Shown here: positions 1-10,836 of the stretch, one piece after another
Position numbering within the stretch: the first letter of the stretch is position 1
How the letters are laid out: every line of letters begins with the position of its first letter
NCBI GenBank assembly: GCA_965248835.1
Contig: CBDFLJ010000002.1
Span: forward strand, 1,248,001 to 1,312,000
Origin: Alphaproteobacteria bacterium
GTDB taxonomy: Bacteria; Pseudomonadota; Alphaproteobacteria; MPNO01
DNA: 64,000 nucleotides
Direction: 5' to 3'
The notes under the pieces: generated by a model
Seen by the model: only the letters and a program-made list of their open reading frames with translations
Told to the model about the DNA's origin: nothing
Databases searched by the model: none
Program-made: the position numbers and the translations under genes

Positions 1-2
1 CG

Positions 3-311
3 GTCATCCGCCAAGCCAACGCCTATGTCGACCACCAAGCCCCCTGGTCGCTGATCAAACAGGACCGCGCGCGCACCGGAACCGTCTTGTGCGCACTCGC
101 AGAGGCCATCCGGCGCATCGCCATCATTCTGCAGGCCTTCATGCCTGAGGCCTCCGGGTCTATCCTCGACCAGTTCGCGGTGCCCGCGACAGCCCGCACG
201 TTCACGCATCTGGGCGAGGGTGAGGCGGTGGCGGCGCGGACCGCGCTGCCCGCGCCGAGCCCGGTCTTCCCGCGCTATGTCGAGGCAGAGGCCGTGCCGG
301 AAACCGCCTGA
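3..311 (+). CDS. metG: Methionine--tRNA ligase, C-terminal part (truncated by window edge)
   Basis: Frame reads VIRQANAYVDHQAPWSL...AIILQAFMPEAS...LPAPSPVFPRY, typical of the MetRS anticodon-binding domain; usual metG-tatD-MBL order; stop overlaps tatD start (TGATG). Confidence 0.85.
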   Translation, partial: VIRQANAYVDHQAPWSLIKQDRARTGTVLCALAEAIRRIAIILQAFMPEASGSILDQFAVPATARTFTHLGEGEAVAARTALPAPSPVFPRYVEAEAVPETA

Positions 312-1105
312 TGCTGGTCGACAGCCACTGCCATCTCGATTTCGACGTCTTCGACGACGACCGCGGCGAGACCATCGCGCGGGCGCGCGCGGCAGGGATC
401 GGCCGGATGGTGACGATCTGCACCAAGCTCAGCCGGTTCGAGCCGATCCTCGAGATCGCGCGCGGCTCGGAGATCATCGACTGCACGCTGGGCGTCCATC
501 CCCATCACGTCGCCAGCGAAGGCATCACCGCAGCCGAGCGCCTGATCGCCGGCGCCGAGGTGCCGGAGGTCGTGGGCATCGGCGAAACCGGGCTCGACTA
601 CCACTACGAACACAGCCCGCGGGAGGACCAGCGGCGGAGCTTCCGCAACCATATTGCGGCCGCTCGCAGCACGGGCCTGCCGCTGATCGTCCACAGCCGC
701 GATGCCGATCAGGACATGATCGACATTCTGGGCGAGGAGATGCACGAAGGCGTCTTCCCAGGTGTCCTCCACTGCTTTTCCAGCGGGCGGGCGCTCGCCG
801 AGAAGGCTTTGAAGCTGGGCCTTTATATTTCGTTCTCCGGCATCCTCACGTTCAAGAATTCCGAGGATCTGCGCGAGACTGCCCGGGCGGTGCCGATGGA
901 CCGCATCCTGGTCGAGACCGATGCGCCCTTCCTTGCGCCTGTGCCTAATCGGGGCAAGCGCAACGAGCCGTCCTTTGTGGTCCACACCGCGGCGATGATC
1001 GCCGAGATCAAGCGGCTCGACATCGAAGAAATTACACAAAGAACGACAGACAACTTCTTCTCATTATTTCAGAAATCGGCTGAACGCGCGCAGCGATGCG
1101 CGTGA
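311..1105 (+). CDS. tatD: TatD family hydrolase
   Basis: MLVDSHCHLDF, GVHPH, GIGETGLDYHY, VLHCFS, ETDAPFLAP motifs. Confidence 0.95.
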   Translation: MLVDSHCHLDFDVFDDDRGETIARARAAGIGRMVTICTKLSRFEPILEIARGSEIIDCTLGVHPHHVASEGITAAERLIAGAEVPEVVGIGETGLDYHYEHSPREDQRRSFRNHIAAARSTGLPLIVHSRDADQDMIDILGEEMHEGVFPGVLHCFSSGRALAEKALKLGLYISFSGILTFKNSEDLRETARAVPMDRILVETDAPFLAPVPNRGKRNEPSFVVHTAAMIAEIKRLDIEEITQRTTDNFFSLFQKSAERAQRCA

Positions 1106-1866
1106 CGATCCTGGGCTGCGGCAGCTCGCAGGGCGTGCCGAGGATCGGTGGCGACTGGGGCGCCTGCGATCCGGTGGAGCCCAGGAACCGACGCCTGCGT
1201 CCGTCGATCCTGGTCGAATGGGATGGCCTCAATATCCTGGTCGACACGTCGCCGGACCTACGCCAGCAGCTCCTGGCGGCCGGGACCGCCCGGATCGACG
1301 TCGTTCTGTTCACCCATGCCCATGCCGATCACGTCCACGGGATCGACGATCTGCGCGGTATCGAGCGGTTGACCGGCAAGCCGATCGAGGTTTTTGCCGA
1401 GGCTGCGGTGCTGGATGAGATCCTCGGCCGGTTTCCCTACCTGTTTCTCGGCGCGCCCGGACCTGACAGGGCCTATCCGCCGTTCCTGGTCCCGCAGGCG
1501 GTCGCGGAGGATTTCGTCGTCCAGGACCGCTCGGTCAGGGCCTTCACCCAGGAACACGGCAATGTGCGCACGACCGGGTTTCGCTTCGACAAGCTGGCCT
1601 ATTCGACCGACGTCGTCGCCTTGCCGGAGGCCAGTCTTGCCGCGCTTGCCGGGGTCGACACCTGGATCGTCGACTGCCTGAGACTCGGCCCGGCACACCC
1701 GACGCACGCCCACTGGCCGGTCACAGAATCCTGGCTCGACCGCATCCGGCCGCGCCGTGCCGTCCTGACTCACATGAACCACCAGAGCGACTACCGAACG
1801 CTGGATTCGGCGACTCCGGAACACGTCGCGCCCGGCTACGACGGGATGATCATAGAAATTCCATAA
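1096..1866 (+). CDS. MBL-fold metallo-hydrolase (PhnP-like)
   Basis: ILGCGSSQGVP, THAHADHVHGIDD metal-binding motif, LTHM; follows tatD as usual. Confidence 0.92.
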   Translation: MRVTILGCGSSQGVPRIGGDWGACDPVEPRNRRLRPSILVEWDGLNILVDTSPDLRQQLLAAGTARIDVVLFTHAHADHVHGIDDLRGIERLTGKPIEVFAEAAVLDEILGRFPYLFLGAPGPDRAYPPFLVPQAVAEDFVVQDRSVRAFTQEHGNVRTTGFRFDKLAYSTDVVALPEASLAALAGVDTWIVDCLRLGPAHPTHAHWPVTESWLDRIRPRRAVLTHMNHQSDYRTLDSATPEHVAPGYDGMIIEIP

Positions 1867-1883
1867 TATATATTATGCGACTT
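1856..1883 (-). other. Putative chromosomal dif site (XerCD recombination site)
   Basis: Minus strand AAGTCGCATAA-TATATA-TTATGGAATTT has the 11-6-11 layout of dif (E. coli GGTGCGCATAA-TGTATA-TTATGTTAAAT); AT-rich palindromic core in a GC-rich genome; gene orientation and KOPS point towards it. Confidence 0.8.
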
Positions 1884-2082
1884 TCCTATTCATGACGCAT
1901 TGCTCGCAGACCGCACAGAACGTCGTACGGGTACGGGTCGACCGGAAGGATGAAGCTGGCCCGCCCCGCGCCAACAGACCCGCAAGGCCTCGGCGGGCGT
2001 TTGAATCGGCATAAACCACCGCAGCGGCGCTTTTGCGAATCGCGGACATGGTTATAGTCGGGGCACCGGCCAAATTCCCTGG

Positions 2083-2925
2083 ATGAATGCGATGCCCGAT
2101 GAGACGACGACGGGAACGGCGGGCGGCATCGCCGCTTTGCTTGCCGTGATGACGCGGCTGCGCGATCCCCGGGCCGGCTGCCCGTGGGACAAGGTGCAGA
2201 CCTTCCGGAGCATCGCCCCCTATACAATCGAGGAGGCCTACGAGGTCGCCGATGCGATCGACCGGAACGACCTGACGGCGCTGCGCGACGAGCTCGGCGA
2301 CCTGCTGCTCCAAGTGGTGTTCCACGCCGAAATGGCGCGCGAGCGCGGCGCATTCGATTTCAACGATGTCGCCTGCGGCATTACCGAGAAAATGCACCGC
2401 CGCCATCCGCATGTCTTCGGCGAAAGCGCCGAAGCGGACCTTGGCGTCCTCAACCGCGTCTGGGAGCAGCACAAAGCCGACGAGCGCGCAGAAGCCACCG
2501 GCAGCGGCGACACGCCGCCCAGCGCGCTCGACGGGGTCGCGCGCGCCCTGCCCGCCCTGATGCGCGCGCAGAAGCTGCAGCGCCGCGCGGCCCGGGTCGG
2601 TTTCGACTGGCCCGAACCGGGCGCGGTGCTCGCCAAGATCGACGAGGAGCTCGCCGAAATCCGCGAGGCGCGCGCGCGCGGCGCCGGCACCGAGGAGATC
2701 GCCGGCGAGATCGGCGACCTGCTGTTCGCCTGCGTCAATGCGGCCCGCCATCTCGATGTCGATGCCGAGGTCGCGCTCAGGCAGTGCAACGAAAAATTCA
2801 CCCGGCGTTTCAACCACGTCGAGGCCGGTATCGCCAAGGACGGCCGGCGGATCGAGGACGCCAGCCTCGAGGAGATGGAAGCCTTCTGGGTCGAGGCCAA
2901 GGGGGCTGAGCTCAGTCCCCGGTGA
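2083..2925 (+). CDS. mazG: Nucleoside triphosphate pyrophosphohydrolase MazG
   Basis: LRDPRAGCPWD, EEAYEVADAI, DELGDLLLQVVFH, EIGDLLFA tandem MazG domains. Confidence 0.95.
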   Translation: MNAMPDETTTGTAGGIAALLAVMTRLRDPRAGCPWDKVQTFRSIAPYTIEEAYEVADAIDRNDLTALRDELGDLLLQVVFHAEMARERGAFDFNDVACGITEKMHRRHPHVFGESAEADLGVLNRVWEQHKADERAEATGSGDTPPSALDGVARALPALMRAQKLQRRAARVGFDWPEPGAVLAKIDEELAEIREARARGAGTEEIAGEIGDLLFACVNAARHLDVDAEVALRQCNEKFTRRFNHVEAGIAKDGRRIEDASLEEMEAFWVEAKGAELSPR

Positions 2926-3790
2926 GCAGCAGCATCAGGCTCGAAGTGTCGTAGCGCGCGCCGCCGCGCGCCTGGACGTGCTTGTAGAATTGATCGACCA
3001 CGGCGGTCAGCGGCAAGCGCGCGCCGTTGCGATCGGCCTCATCGAGGCAAATCCCCAAATCCTTGCGCATCCAGTCAACGGCGAAGCCGTAATCGTACTT
3101 GCCCGCCAGCATCGTCGCCGCCCGGTTGTCCATCTGCCAGGACTGCGCGGCGCCGCCCGAGATCACCTCGACCGCCTTGTGGGCGTCGAGCCCGGCGCGA
3201 ACGGCGAAGTTGAGCGCTTCGGACAGGCCCTGGACGATCCCGGCGATGCAGATCTGGTTGACCATCTTGGTGAGCTGGCCGTTGCCCGCCTCTCCCATGT
3301 GGACGATCGTTCGGCCGTAGCTTTCCATCACCGGGCGGGCGCGCGCAAAGGCATCCGCCTCGCCGCCGACCATGATGGTGAGCGCGCCGTTCTCGGCGCC
3401 GGCCTGGCCGCCGGACACCGGAGCATCGAGGAAGCCGAACCCCGCCTCGGAAGCCGCGGCAGCGACCTCGCGCGCGACCGCCGCGGAGGTCGTTGTGTGA
3501 TCGACCAAGACGGCCCCCTCCTCCATCCCGGCCAGCGCGCCCTCGGCGCCGAACACCACCGCGCGCAGGTCGTCGTCGTTGCCGACGCAGCAGAAGACGA
3601 ATTGGGCGCCGCGCGCGGCCTCGGCCGGGCTTGGCGCGGAGCCGCCCTTGTGCGCCTCGATCCAGGCGGCGGCCTTGGTTGAGGTCCGGTTATAGACTCT
3701 GACCCGGTGTCCCGCGGCCGCAAGATGCCCGGCCATGGGAAACCCCATCACCCCCAGACCGATGAATGCAGCGGATACGGTTTCGATCAT
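2912..3790 (-). CDS. NAD(P)-dependent oxidoreductase, 3-hydroxyisobutyrate dehydrogenase family
   Basis: FIGLGVMGFPMA, DAPVSGG, GQLTKMVNQ, KDL motifs; start placed at MIETVS. Confidence 0.9.
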   Translation of the reverse strand: MIETVSAAFIGLGVMGFPMAGHLAAAGHRVRVYNRTSTKAAAWIEAHKGGSAPSPAEAARGAQFVFCCVGNDDDLRAVVFGAEGALAGMEEGAVLVDHTTTSAAVAREVAAAASEAGFGFLDAPVSGGQAGAENGALTIMVGGEADAFARARPVMESYGRTIVHMGEAGNGQLTKMVNQICIAGIVQGLSEALNFAVRAGLDAHKAVEVISGGAAQSWQMDNRAATMLAGKYDYGFAVDWMRKDLGICLDEADRNGARLPLTAVVDQFYKHVQARGGARYDTSSLMLLLTGD

Positions 3791-3857
3791 GTCTGCCCGC
3801 CCTGTCGGGAATTCCGCGGCGATCATAGATGGCCCCCCGCGGGGCGGCAACGCGAGG

Positions 3858-4658
3858 CTATGTCCCGCGGGCCAGCGCCGCGCGGATACCGCATGCCAGG
3901 GTCTGCCAGGTCTCGCCGTCGGGGGTCAGCAAAAGCCCCTCCTGGTGCTTGCGGCCGGGTCGGTAGGGCGCGCCGTCGAGGCATGCGTTGAAGCCGCCCG
4001 CCTCGTGGTGGAGGAGCTGGCCCGGTGCGTGATCCCACGGTTTCAGGCCCCTGTAGAAGGCGAAATGGGTCACCCCGGCGCCGAGCGCGAGGTAGTCGAC
4101 CCCGCAGCACCGGTTGTTGGTCACCCCGGCGAAGCGCCCGCTGAAGGCGCGGTCGCGGCGCAGCCGTGCGCCGAGCGCCCCGGTCATCGCGCTCTCGGGG
4201 GCCGTTCCGGCGACACTCAGCCGCGCGCCGTCGCGCCAGGCTCCGGCACCGCGCTCCGCGACCGACATCGAGCCGGCCAGCGGATCGTAGATCCAGCCGG
4301 CTTCCGTCCGCCCATCGACGACGAAGGCGACCATGACCGTGAAGTCCGGCTTGCCGTCGGCGAAGTTCGCGGTGCCGTCCACCGGATCGATGATCCACAC
4401 CGCTCCCGGCTGCTCGAGCGCGGTGAGGATCTCCGGATCGGCCTCGCAGGCCTCTTCGCCGACCACAAGCGCATCGGGTCGGATCCCGGCCAGGCCCTTG
4501 CCGAGCGCGGCCTCGGCGCATTCATCGGCCACGGTCACGACCGAGCCCGGTCGCTTTTCCCAGGACTCCGCTTCGCTCAGGCGCTTGAAACGCGGCAGGA
4601 TTTCGGCCTCGGCGACCTCGCGGATCAGCCGGGTGACCGCATCGATGTCTGGGAACAT
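3858..4658 (-). CDS. Inositol monophosphatase family protein
   Basis: VTVAD, GEE, WIIDPVDGTANF, PWDHAPG motifs. Confidence 0.9.
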   Translation of the reverse strand: MFPDIDAVTRLIREVAEAEILPRFKRLSEAESWEKRPGSVVTVADECAEAALGKGLAGIRPDALVVGEEACEADPEILTALEQPGAVWIIDPVDGTANFADGKPDFTVMVAFVVDGRTEAGWIYDPLAGSMSVAERGAGAWRDGARLSVAGTAPESAMTGALGARLRRDRAFSGRFAGVTNNRCCGVDYLALGAGVTHFAFYRGLKPWDHAPGQLLHHEAGGFNACLDGAPYRPGRKHQEGLLLTPDGETWQTLACGIRAALARGT

Positions 4659-4724
4659 GAAAGCGACTTCGTCGAGGGCGGGCGGTGCGGCGCACCCTCG
4701 CCGCAGTCGGGCGGGATTGCAACG

Positions 4725-4756
4725 AAAAAAGGAGGGCCGTCATCGGACGGCCCTCC
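4725..4756 (-). terminator. Rho-independent terminator of groESL
   Basis: 11-bp perfect stem GGAGGGCCGTC/GACGGCCCTCC with 4-nt loop, followed by a U6 tract on the minus strand just downstream of groEL. Confidence 0.85.
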
Positions 4757-4798
4757 GCTGTATTGCGCGGCCTGTGAAACCGGCCGCAGGACGGTGTG

Positions 4799-6761
<1,963 letters not shown>

Positions 6762-6926
6762 AGACCGATCTCCCATAGCTGTGTGAACGTCGATGCTGCG
6801 TACCCGTCCGCGCAACTTTCGTCCTGGATCCCCGCTGCCGCTTCCTAACGGCGTGTATCGAAGCGGACATGCTTCAGGTCGAAAAGCCTTCGGATACGCC
6901 ATGCCGGCCCGAGCGAAGGAGTTTTG

Positions 6927-6953
6927 CTAGCACTCGATCCCGGCGAGTGCTAG
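6927..6953. promoter_or_regulatory. CIRCE element (HrcA operator)
   Basis: CTAGCACTC-N9-GAGTGCTAG matches consensus TTAGCACTC-N9-GAGTGCTAA, upstream of groES. Confidence 0.95.
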
Positions 6954-6954
6954 C

Positions 6955-6983
6955 TATTTAGTGATTCCGAATCGCCCTGTCAA
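6955..6983 (-). promoter_or_regulatory. groESL promoter (-35/-10)
   Basis: Minus strand TTGACA-17 nt-TAAATA immediately upstream of CIRCE. Confidence 0.7.
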
Positions 6984-7011
6984 CACCGGATGCCACAGGT
7001 CGGCCCGGTCT

Positions 7012-8304
7012 TCAGTCCGTCGGGGTGGCGAGCTGCTCGAATCTCTCTATATCGGCCGGATCGAGCCGGATACGGAACCGCGCGGTCATACCCTCGTCGC
7101 GGCGCTCGATGATCTCGCCATGGCGGTAGAGCCAGGCCAGCTTCGCACCGTCGGACAGATCGACCTCGACATCGAGAACCCGCCGGCGCGCGCTGAACGC
7201 GCCATCGAGCCGCTCGATCAGGGCGGGCATCCCCTGCCCCGTCTTGGCGGAGGCCGGGATCACGTCGTTGCGCCGGGCGGCGCGGTTCAGGGAGATTGCC
7301 CGAGAGTCCTCGTCGAGAAGATCGATCTTGTTGTGGAGTTCGATCAAAACCTTGTCCTGGCCGTCCTCGATGCCGAGCTCGCCCAGAACCTTGAGCACGT
7401 CGGCCAACTGCGCCTCGCTATCGGGGTGCGAGATATCGCGCACGTGGATGATCAGATCGGCGTCGATCACCTCTTCGAGGGTCGCGCGGAAGGCCGCGAT
7501 GAGCATCGTCGGCAGGTCGGAGACGAATCCCACCGTATCGGACAGGATCGCCCGGCGGCCGGAGGGCAGATCGATGCCCCGCATCGTGGGGTCCAGGGTG
7601 GCGAACAGGAGATCCTCGGCAACCACGTTCGCCTTGGTCAACCTGTTGAAAAGAGTCGATTTTCCCGAGTTCGTGTAGCCCACCAGCGCGGCGACCGGAT
7701 AGGACACGCGCTTGCGCGCGCGGCGGTGCAGCGCCCGCGTCCGGGTGACCGTCTGGAGCTCGCGGCGGATGCGGATGATCCGGTCGTCGATCTGGCGCCG
7801 GTCGGCTTCGATCTGGGTCTCGCCGGGCCCGCCGAGGAACCCGAGCCCGCCGCGCTGCCGCTCGAGATGGGTCCAGCTCCGCACCAGCCGGCTGCGCTGG
7901 TAGCTCAGGTGGGCGAGCTCGACCTGGAGCGCGCCCTCGCGGGTGCTGGCGCGTTCGCCGAAGATCTCGAGGATCAGCCCGGTGCGGTCGATCACCTTGC
8001 AGTGCCAGGCGCGTTCCAGGTTGCGCTGCTGGACCGGGCTCAGCGCCGCATCGACGCAGACCAACGCGATCTCGTCCTCGGCGACCACGGCACCGAAGCT
8101 CTCCACCGCGCCGGCGCCGATATAGGTTGACGGCCGCGGCCGGGCGAGCGCGATTTTGTCGGCGCGCACGATATCGAGGCCGATCGCGCCGGCGAGTCCG
8201 ACCGCTTCGGCAAGCCGCGCTTCGGGCGTGCGTCCAGCCCCCGATGCCGAGCGGACATAGGGGTGCAGAACAGCCGCGCTGCCAACAGCGTGCGGCCGGT
8301 CGAT
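7012..8304 (-). CDS. hflX: Ribosome rescue GTPase HflX (start uncertain)
   Basis: GGPGETQIEADRR, GYTNSGKST, DLLFATLDPT, DTVGF, NKID; frame stays open and HflX-like upstream of the GTG at 8169 (VLHPY...RTPEARLAEAVGLAGAIGL). Confidence 0.92.
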   Translation of the reverse strand: MDRPHAVGSAAVLHPYVRSASGAGRTPEARLAEAVGLAGAIGLDIVRADKIALARPRPSTYIGAGAVESFGAVVAEDEIALVCVDAALSPVQQRNLERAWHCKVIDRTGLILEIFGERASTREGALQVELAHLSYQRSRLVRSWTHLERQRGGLGFLGGPGETQIEADRRQIDDRIIRIRRELQTVTRTRALHRRARKRVSYPVAALVGYTNSGKSTLFNRLTKANVVAEDLLFATLDPTMRGIDLPSGRRAILSDTVGFVSDLPTMLIAAFRATLEEVIDADLIIHVRDISHPDSEAQLADVLKVLGELGIEDGQDKVLIELHNKIDLLDEDSRAISLNRAARRNDVIPASAKTGQGMPALIERLDGAFSARRRVLDVEVDLSDGAKLAWLYRHGEIIERRDEGMTARFRIRLDPADIERFEQLATPTD

Positions 8305-8332
8305 TCGATTGCCCCCGCGGGCAGGCGGCCGG

Positions 8333-8590
8333 TTATTCGGCGACGGGCTCGACCTCGGATTTTTCGTCGTAGAGCTGGACCGGAGCCACCGGCATAACCG
8401 TCGAAATGGCGTGCTTGTAGACGAGCTGGGAGTGGCCGTCTCGGCGCAGCAGGATGCAGAAGTTGTCGAACCAGGTGATGATGCCTTGGAGCTTCACGCC
8501 GTTGACCAGAAACACGGTGACCGGTGTCTTGTTCTTCCGGATATGGTTCAGGAACGTGTCCTGGAGGTTCTGGCTCTTTTCTGATGACAT
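8333..8590 (-). CDS. hfq: RNA chaperone Hfq
   Basis: [31 protein letters not shown]. Confidence 0.98.
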   Translation of the reverse strand: MSSEKSQNLQDTFLNHIRKNKTPVTVFLVNGVKLQGIITWFDNFCILLRRDGHSQLVYKHAISTVMPVAPVQLYDEKSEVEPVAE

Positions 8591-8715
8591 CTTGGGCTCC
8601 GCTTTCTTCGAGTCTTGAATTGAACCGTAGATGATCCGGACGGCCTCGACCGACCGGATCGACACACAAACGGGGGAGCATTAACCCAAACTGGTTGCAA
8701 AGAAAATATGAAACC

Positions 8716-9375
8716 TCAAATCCGGCGCACAAGGTCAAGGAGGGCGCGGCACGACGCGAAATGTGCGGCGGGCGGAAATTCCGCGAATTCCCCGCCATCC
8801 GGCGGCTCGGGGCGGATCAGGACGGCGGTGCAGCCGGCGTTCCGCGCACACTCGATGTCGATCGCGGTATCGCCGACGAACCACACGTCTGGACCCCGCC
8901 GGTGCGGTCCGGCGGCCAGCGCCAGGTCCACCGGCTCGACCGCCGGCTTGTCGCGGGCCGCATCGGCCGCGCCGACCAAGCCGGAGAAATAGCCGTCCCA
9001 GCCCAGATGGCTGACCTCCAGGCGCAGGTTGGCGCCCATCTTGTTGCTCACCACGCCGAGAAAGACCCCGCGGCCGGACAGCGCGGCGAGCAGCGCCTCG
9101 GCGCCGTCGCATGCGGCCAGCCGTTCCAGGTGGACCGCCTCGAACCTGCCGTAAAAGACCGCCCTGGCTTCTTCCCAGCGGTCGCCGAACATCTCCGGGA
9201 ACGCCTCGCGCATCGATCGGCGCACCCGGGCGCGGGTCTCCTCCGGGGTCCAGGACGCGTGGCCCATCGCGGCCAAGGTGGCGTTCATCGCTTCGTGGAT
9301 GACAGGCCAGGTATCGACCAGGGTGTTGTCCCAGTCGAACAACACCGCGCCGGGCAGACGGTCAAGCGGTGACAT
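8716..9375 (-). CDS. HAD family hydrolase (phosphoglycolate phosphatase-like)
   Basis: LFDWDNTLVD, VSNK, KP, VGDTAID HAD motifs. Confidence 0.9.
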   Translation of the reverse strand: MSPLDRLPGAVLFDWDNTLVDTWPVIHEAMNATLAAMGHASWTPEETRARVRRSMREAFPEMFGDRWEEARAVFYGRFEAVHLERLAACDGAEALLAALSGRGVFLGVVSNKMGANLRLEVSHLGWDGYFSGLVGAADAARDKPAVEPVDLALAAGPHRRGPDVWFVGDTAIDIECARNAGCTAVLIRPEPPDGGEFAEFPPAAHFASCRALLDLVRRI

Positions 9376-9442
9376 CGCCGTCCTCCCGCCGTCGGGCGAG
9401 CAGGCGGTGGGTCTGCGGCAGCCGGGGCCACACGGGCGGACC

Positions 9443-10819
9443 TCAGAAATATTCCAGGCGCACGGAGAACAGCCGCTCGACGTGCTTGATCGCCTTGGAG
9501 GCGACGAACATCACAATCCGGTCGCCGGCGCGCAGCGTCGTTCCGGCACGCGGAATATGCACCGCGCCGTCACGCACGACCGCACCGATGAGCACGCCGG
9601 CGGGAAGTCCGGACTCGCGGATCGGCCGGCCGGCGAGGCTCGAGGTTTCCAGCAGTTCCGCCTCCATGATCTCGCCGAAATCGCGCGGCAGCGAATGGAC
9701 TGCGCGGATCCTGCCGCGCCGGACGTGCTGGAGGATGGTCGAGGCGGTGATCGCATGCGGGCTCACCGCAACGTCGACCCCCAGCGTGCCGATCAGCGGC
9801 GCGTAGTTGATGTTGTTGATCAGCGCGACCGCCCGACCGGCGCCGTGGCGCTTGGCCAGAAGCGCGGCCAGCACGTTGACCTCGTCGTCATTTGTGACCG
9901 TCACGATCGCCTCGGCGGCCGCGACATTGGCTTCTTTCAGTAGCTCGGGGTCGAGCGCATCGCCGTTCAGCACGGTCACCCCGTTCAGGTTCAGAGCGGC
10001 GCGCTCGGCCTGAGCCTTGTTGGCCTCGATGATCTTGGCGCTGACGCCGGGATGCTCGTCGAGGATGAGGCGGGCCAGGAACTGTCCGACATGGCCGCCG
10101 CCGGCGATGACAATGCGGCGCACTTCCGGCTCCTCGTGGCCGAAGACGGTCATCGCCCGGGCAACGTGGTCGTTGTCGGCAACGAAATAGATCTCATCGC
10201 CCGGCAGCATCATATCGTCGGCCGTCGGCACGATCGAGCTGTCGCCACGCATGATGCCGACGACCACGATGTTGAGCTCGGGGAAGATTTCGGTGAGCTG
10301 GCGCAGCGGGGTGTTGATGACCGGGCAATCCTCGTCCAGCCGCACGCCGATGGCGCGCACCATGCCGTCGGCCAGCGGGATCGAATCGAACGCGCCGGGC
10401 ACGAACAGCCGGCGCGAGATCGCCCGCGCGACCTCGATCTCGGGCGAGATGATCACGTCGATCGGCAGGTGGTCGCGGTTGAACAGATCCGCCCAGATCG
10501 GCGCCAGGTAGCTCTGTGCGCGCACCCGGGCGATCTTGGTCGGAACGTCGAACAGCGAATGGGCGACCTGGCAGGCGACCATGTTGACTTCGTCGGCCTG
10601 GGTGACGGCGATGATCATGTCCGAATCGCCGGCCGCGGCACGCTCCAGAACATCGGGGTGGGAGGCGAATCCGACAAGCGCGCGGGCGTCGAGCGAATCG
10701 CCGACCCGGCGGATCAGCTCCTCGGACTGGTCGATGACGGTGACGTCATTGCCTTCCGCGGAAAGCTGGCGGGCGATGTGGAAGCCGACCTGGCCGGCGC
10801 CGCAGACGATGAGTTTCAT
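9443..10819 (-). CDS. trkA: Trk system potassium uptake protein TrkA
   Basis: Two RCK domains (CGAGQVG, AGGGHVG), 458 aa, follows ntrX. Confidence 0.96.
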   Translation of the reverse strand: MKLIVCGAGQVGFHIARQLSAEGNDVTVIDQSEELIRRVGDSLDARALVGFASHPDVLERAAAGDSDMIIAVTQADEVNMVACQVAHSLFDVPTKIARVRAQSYLAPIWADLFNRDHLPIDVIISPEIEVARAISRRLFVPGAFDSIPLADGMVRAIGVRLDEDCPVINTPLRQLTEIFPELNIVVVGIMRGDSSIVPTADDMMLPGDEIYFVADNDHVARAMTVFGHEEPEVRRIVIAGGGHVGQFLARLILDEHPGVSAKIIEANKAQAERAALNLNGVTVLNGDALDPELLKEANVAAAEAIVTVTNDDEVNVLAALLAKRHGAGRAVALINNINYAPLIGTLGVDVAVSPHAITASTILQHVRRGRIRAVHSLPRDFGEIMEAELLETSSLAGRPIRESGLPAGVLIGAVVRDGAVHIPRAGTTLRAGDRIVMFVASKAIKHVERLFSVRLEYF

Positions 10820-10836
10820 GACCGTCAGCCCCGGCC

